A DNA stretch of 64,000 nucleotides, taken from assembly GCA_963665325.3 (NCBI GenBank), contig OZ224045.1:864001-928000 (forward strand). Direction: 5' to 3'. The notes beneath the pieces were generated by a model that was given only the letters and a program-made list of their open reading frames with translations, made no database searches and had not been told where the DNA came from. The number at the start of each line of letters is the position of its first letter. The stretch's first letter is position 1. Position numbers and translations under genes: made by a program. Positions 59,722-64,000 of this stretch are shown in pieces. Source of the stretch: Alphaproteobacteria bacterium (GTDB lineage Bacteria > Pseudomonadota > Alphaproteobacteria > Bin95).

Positions 59722-60947
59722 CCGTCGCGGTCGTCGTCAAGGGCTATCCGCGCCTTTCCGAAACCTTCATCGCACAGGAAATTCTGGGCCTTGAGGAGCG
59801 CGGGGTCGCCCAGCGCATCTTTTCGCTGCGGCACCCGACCGACCCAGCCCGCCACCCGATGCATGAGCGGATCGCGGCCCCGGTCCACTACCTGCCGGAA
59901 TATGTGCATGAGGAGCCGCTCCGGGCCTGGCGGGGCTGGCGAAGGGCGCGCCGCCTGCCGGGCTACCGCGCCGCCCGCGCCGCCTGGCTCCGAGATTGGC
60001 GGCGCGATCCGACGCCAAACCGGGGCCGGCGCTTCGCCCAGGCGGCCGTGCTGGCGACGGAACTGCCGCGGGATGTTGAGCGCCTGCATGTCCATTTCCT
60101 GCACACCCCGGCCTCCGTCGCCCGCTATGCCAGCCTGATGACCGGCCTGCCCTGGTCCTGCTCGGCGCACGCCAAGGACATCTGGACAACGCCCGAATGG
60201 GAAAAGCGCGAGAAACTGGCGGCGTGCGAGTGGCTGGCGACCTGCACCGGGTCCGGCGCAGAGCATCTGGAAGCGCTTGCGCCTGCGCCCGGGCGAGTGA
60301 AGCTGGTCTATCACGGCCTCGACCTGGAGCGCTTTCCTCCGCCGCCGGAGCGCGATGGGGCCGACGGCAGCGACCCGGAGCGGCCCGTCAACATCGTGTC
60401 GATCGGCCGCGCGGTGGAGAAGAAGGGCTACGACATCCTGATCGCGGCGCTGGGCCTGCTGCCGCCGGAGCTGCACTGGCGGTTCGTACATATCGGCGGC
60501 GGCAAGCTGGCTGGGCCGTTGGAGCGGGCCGCAGCGGACCTGCCGGCCTCATTTCTCGGCGCGCAGCCGCAGGACCGGGTGGTGGAGGAGCTGCGCAGAG
60601 CGGACTTGTTCGCGCTTGCCTGCCGGATCGCTCCCGACGGTGACCGCGACGGCCTGCCCAATGTGCTGATGGAAGCGGCGTCTCAGGGCCTGCCGGCCGT
60701 TTCGACGCGGGTTTCGGCCGTACCGGAGTTCGTACGGGCCGGGGAGTCCGGCCTGTTGGTCGAGCCGGAAGACCCCCACGCCTTCGCGGCGGCGCTCGCG
60801 GCGCTCATCCGCAATCCGGCGGAGAGGGCCGCGATGGGCCGGGCGGCCTATGCCCGCCTCCGCGCGGGCTTTTCCTTCGAGGCCGGCATCGACCGCCTCG
60901 CCGAGCGTTTCGGTGCGCCATGCGCATTGCGTTCCATGCACCGCTGA
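59718..60947 (+). CDS. Glycosyltransferase family 4
   Basis: KGYPRLSETFI, HAKDIW, EKKG, DGLPNVLMEA. Confidence 0.9.
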   Translation: MTVAVVVKGYPRLSETFIAQEILGLEERGVAQRIFSLRHPTDPARHPMHERIAAPVHYLPEYVHEEPLRAWRGWRRARRLPGYRAARAAWLRDWRRDPTPNRGRRFAQAAVLATELPRDVERLHVHFLHTPASVARYASLMTGLPWSCSAHAKDIWTTPEWEKREKLAACEWLATCTGSGAEHLEALAPAPGRVKLVYHGLDLERFPPPPERDGADGSDPERPVNIVSIGRAVEKKGYDILIAALGLLPPELHWRFVHIGGGKLAGPLERAAADLPASFLGAQPQDRVVEELRRADLFALACRIAPDGDRDGLPNVLMEAASQGLPAVSTRVSAVPEFVRAGESGLLVEPEDPHAFAAALAALIRNPAERAAMGRAAYARLRAGFSFEAGIDRLAERFGAPCALRSMHR

Positions 60948-61963
60948 AGCCGCCCGACCATCCCGTGCCCTCCGGCGAGCGGCAGATCGCGCGCCTCATG
61001 CTGCGTGCACTGGAAGCGGCCGGCCACGAGGTGTTCCTCGCCTCGCGCTTCCGCCCGCTGGACAAGCGGGGCGACCCCTGCCGCCAGCAGCGCCTTTGCG
61101 CGCTCGGCGGACGGCTTGTCGAAAGACTGGAAGCGCGCCTGCCGGCCTTCGACGCTTGGTTTACTTACCACCTGTACTACAAGGCGCCGGACTGGCTGGG
61201 ACCGCGTCTGGCGGCGGCGCGCGGCGCGGCCTACTGGGTGGCGGAAGCCTCCCACGCACCGAAGCGCGCCGGCGGCCCCTGGGATCTCGGGCACCGTGCC
61301 GTCGCCGAAGCCATAGCCCGCGCGGACCGACTGTTCTGTCTCAACCCCAACGACCGCGCCTGCCTCGCGCAACTCGTCCCCCCGGAGCGTATGACCGATC
61401 TGCCCCCTTTCCTGGATGCGTCGGCCTGGCGGACGGCATCCTGCGGCGGCGACCCGCCCATGCTCGTGACCGTGGCGATGATGCGCGAGGGGGCGAAGCT
61501 CGCCTCCTACCGCCGGCTGGGCGCGGCGCTGGCAAAACTGGACGACCTGCCCTGGCGGCTGCTCGTGGTGGGCGACGGGCCGGCGCGCGAGCAGGTGCTG
61601 GCGGCGTTGCCGGCGGAGCGCATCTGCTGGCTTGGCAGGCGGGGCGAAGCGGAACTGCCGGCAATTCTGGCGAATGCCGACCTCTTCGTCTGGCCGGCGG
61701 AGCGCGAAGCCATCGGCCTGGCATTGCTGGAAGCCGCCGCTGCCGGCCTGCCCGTGGTAGCGGCCGAGACCGACGGTGTGCCGGCGGTAGTGGCGCATGG
61801 CGAGACGGGATTGCTGGCGCCGCCGGGTGATACTGGCGCCTTCGCCGGCTGCCTGCGCGCGCTGCTGACGGATCCCGCCCGGCGGCGGGCGATGGGCGCG
61901 GCTGCGCGGAAGCGCGTGCTCGCGCGCCACGACATCGTCCACGCGGCGGCGGTACTGGCATGA
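60920..61963 (+). CDS. Glycosyltransferase family 4
   Basis: PSGER, YHLYYKAPD, EAIGLALLEAAAAGLPVV. Confidence 0.9.
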   Translation: MRIAFHAPLKPPDHPVPSGERQIARLMLRALEAAGHEVFLASRFRPLDKRGDPCRQQRLCALGGRLVERLEARLPAFDAWFTYHLYYKAPDWLGPRLAAARGAAYWVAEASHAPKRAGGPWDLGHRAVAEAIARADRLFCLNPNDRACLAQLVPPERMTDLPPFLDASAWRTASCGGDPPMLVTVAMMREGAKLASYRRLGAALAKLDDLPWRLLVVGDGPAREQVLAALPAERICWLGRRGEAELPAILANADLFVWPAEREAIGLALLEAAAAGLPVVAAETDGVPAVVAHGETGLLAPPGDTGAFAGCLRALLTDPARRRAMGAAARKRVLARHDIVHAAAVLA

Positions 61964-62547
61964 CCCTGCTTGCCGTCATCCGGCACGGGCCGACCGTCTG
62001 GAACCGGGAACGCCGCTTGCAGGGTCGGTGCGACATTCCGCTGGACGCCGAGGGCGTGGCTGAGGTTGCAGGGTGGAAGCTGCCGCCGGGCTTCTCCTCC
62101 TTCGACTGGACGGCGAGCCCACTTGCCCGCGCACGGCGCACGGCGGCGATTCTGGCCGGGGGCGCGGTCTCCTGCGCGCCGGCGCTCATCGAGATGGACT
62201 GGGGCGAATGGGAAGGCCGGCGGCTGGCGGAACTCCGCGCGGAACTCGGCGCGGTCATGACCCGGAACGAGGCGCGCGGCCTCGATTTCCTTCCGCCCGG
62301 CGGCGAGAGCCCGCGCATGGTGCAGCGCCGCCTCGCGCCCTGGCTGGCGGAAGTGGCGCGCCGCGGCAGGCCGATGGTCGCGGTCGCGCATCGCGGTGTG
62401 CTGCGCGCGCTTTATGCCGAGGCCGCCGGTTGGGACATGACGGGCCGTCCGCCGCGCGGGCTGTCCTCGCCGGCGGCGCATCTGTTCGAAATCGCAGCCG
62501 ATGGACGGCCCCGGCTGCGCAGCCTCGACATACAGGCGTTCCGATGA
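61960..62547 (+). CDS. Histidine phosphatase family protein
   Basis: IRHGPT, SPLARARRTA, EMDWG, VAHRG. Confidence 0.9.
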   Translation: MTLLAVIRHGPTVWNRERRLQGRCDIPLDAEGVAEVAGWKLPPGFSSFDWTASPLARARRTAAILAGGAVSCAPALIEMDWGEWEGRRLAELRAELGAVMTRNEARGLDFLPPGGESPRMVQRRLAPWLAEVARRGRPMVAVAHRGVLRALYAEAAGWDMTGRPPRGLSSPAAHLFEIAADGRPRLRSLDIQAFR

Positions 62548-63674
62548 AGGTCTTTTTCTGGGTCCAGCACCTGCTCGGCATCGGCCATCTGCGCCGTACA
62601 CTGTCGCTTGCGAGGGCGACGGCCGCCGCCGGGCTCGAAACTGTGGTGGCCTCGGGCGGCATGCCGGTGCCCGGCGCCGACCCCGGCGGGGCCAAGCTGG
62701 TGCAGCTTCCGCCGGTGCGCGCCGTGGACCGCTATTTCAAGAAGCTCGTGGATGAGCACGACCGGCCGATAGATGACGCCTGGCGCAATCGACGGCGAGA
62801 AGCGCTGTTCGACGTTTATGAGGCGGCCCGGCCGGGTGCAGTGGTGACGGAGCTCTTCCCCTTCGGCCGGCGGCAATTGCGCTTCGAGTTGGAGCCGCTT
62901 CTGTGGCAGGCACGCGGGGATGGCTGCGCCGTCGTCTCCTCGGTGCGCGACATACTCGTGGAACCCGACAAGCCCGAGCGGATCGGCGAGATGATCGAGC
63001 GGATCGAGCAGTGGTACGACCTGGTTCTGGTCCACGGCGATCCGGAATTCGTGCCCTTCGATGTGACCTTTCCCGGCCTCGGCGAGATCGCGCCGCTCGT
63101 GCGCTACACCGGCTACACGGTGGACCGGGCCGCCGCGCCGCCCCCGGGCGACGGGGAGGGCGAGGTGCTGGTCTCGGCCGGTGGCGGGGCGGTCGGCGAG
63201 CCGCTCTTGCGCGCTGCGCTCGCCGCCCGTCCGCTCTCGACCGCCCGCGACCGGAGCTGGCGCTTCCTCGTCGGAGAAGGGCTACCGGAAGCCGTGTTTG
63301 CCGATCTCGTCCGCGTTGCCCCGCCCGGCATTGTCGTCGAGCGGGCGCGGCCGGACTTCCAGGCACTGCTCGGCCGCGCTCATCTCTCCGTCTCGCAGGG
63401 CGGCTACAACACGGTGATGGAAGTGCTGGCTGCGGGGCTCCGCGCCGTCGTCGCGCCCTATGCGGGCGGGCACGAAAGCGAGCAGACCTTGCGCGCGGGC
63501 GCCCTTGCCGAACGCGGCGCCCTGCAGGTGGTGAGCGAGGACGAGCTTTCCCCGGACCGGCTGGCCGCCGCCATCGACCGAGCGCTTGCCGGTCCGCCGT
63601 TGGGCGCCGCCGGCATCGACCTTGGCGGCATTCCGGCGACGGTAGCGTTGCTGCGGGACCTCAATGGCCGCTGA
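62544..63674 (+). CDS. Glycosyltransferase (GT-B, GT28-like C-terminus)
   Basis: VQHLLGIGHL, ELFPFGR, SAGGGAVG, QGGYNT, EQTLRA. Confidence 0.88.
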   Translation: MKVFFWVQHLLGIGHLRRTLSLARATAAAGLETVVASGGMPVPGADPGGAKLVQLPPVRAVDRYFKKLVDEHDRPIDDAWRNRRREALFDVYEAARPGAVVTELFPFGRRQLRFELEPLLWQARGDGCAVVSSVRDILVEPDKPERIGEMIERIEQWYDLVLVHGDPEFVPFDVTFPGLGEIAPLVRYTGYTVDRAAAPPPGDGEGEVLVSAGGGAVGEPLLRAALAARPLSTARDRSWRFLVGEGLPEAVFADLVRVAPPGIVVERARPDFQALLGRAHLSVSQGGYNTVMEVLAAGLRAVVAPYAGGHESEQTLRAGALAERGALQVVSEDELSPDRLAAAIDRALAGPPLGAAGIDLGGIPATVALLRDLNGR

Positions 63675-64000
63675 CCCCTGGCAAGCGCTGGCGGAGGAAC
63701 TCGACCTCTGGCCGGAACCGGCGGATTTCTGGTGGCGCGACGACGATGCCCAGGCTTGGACGCCTGCGCTGAAGCGGCTGGTGGAGGCTCTGGACGGCGT
63801 GCCCTTTGCGCTTGCGGTCGTTCCGGCCGAGGCCGTCGCCGACCTGCCGGGCACGATCCTCCAGCATGGCTGGCGCCACCGGAACCATGCCGGACCGGAG
63901 GAGAAAAAGGCGGAGTACGGCCGCCACCGTTCCGTAGCGGCCATGCTGATCGAGCTCGAAGCCGGTCGCAAGCGGCTGCGGTCGCTTTACGGCCGGCGCT
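63664..64000 (+). CDS. Polysaccharide deacetylase family protein (partial)
   Basis: FWWRDDDA, LAVVP, LQHGWRH.NHA; runs off the window. Confidence 0.8.
   Translation, partial: MAADPWQALAEELDLWPEPADFWWRDDDAQAWTPALKRLVEALDGVPFALAVVPAEAVADLPGTILQHGWRHRNHAGPEEKKAEYGRHRSVAAMLIELEAGRKRLRSLYGRR

Overview
High-GC alphaproteobacterial chromosome segment (Rhodospirillales-like; taxon inferred from gene content, a SAM-II riboswitch and REP-like elements). 1-33.2 kb is mostly housekeeping and catabolic genes: acnA (partial), CinA-like, LLM monooxygenase, SAM-II riboswitch + metZ, a kynureninase homolog lacking its catalytic residues, PhyH dioxygenase, aminotransferase, carbamoylase, a Mn/Zn ABC transporter, a deacetylase, an MFS transporter and a TPP enzyme, with three toxin-antitoxin loci interspersed. 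About 33.2-54.7 kb is an accessory island, partly more AT-rich, with defence-like content. It holds Vsr + C5 DNA methyltransferase convergent on a MORC-type GHKL ATPase/histidine kinase fusion and a receiver-HEPN-like protein, with no recognisable restriction endonuclease; this is the best candidate for an undescribed system. It also holds a NYN remnant with a two-hairpin UUCG leader, two apparently identical inverted 3216-bp IS66-family elements carrying a DUF4338 (DruA-like) passenger, an IS1380 interrupted by one of them, a cytoplasmic trypsin-like protease, two further HEPN-like genes, and IS110, IS630, integrase and autotransporter remnants. 54.7-64 kb is a methyltransferase / cNMP-binding / degenerate ABC transporter operon divergent from a glycosyltransferase-phosphatase-deacetylase operon. 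All family calls come from motif recognition by eye; no database searches were run.
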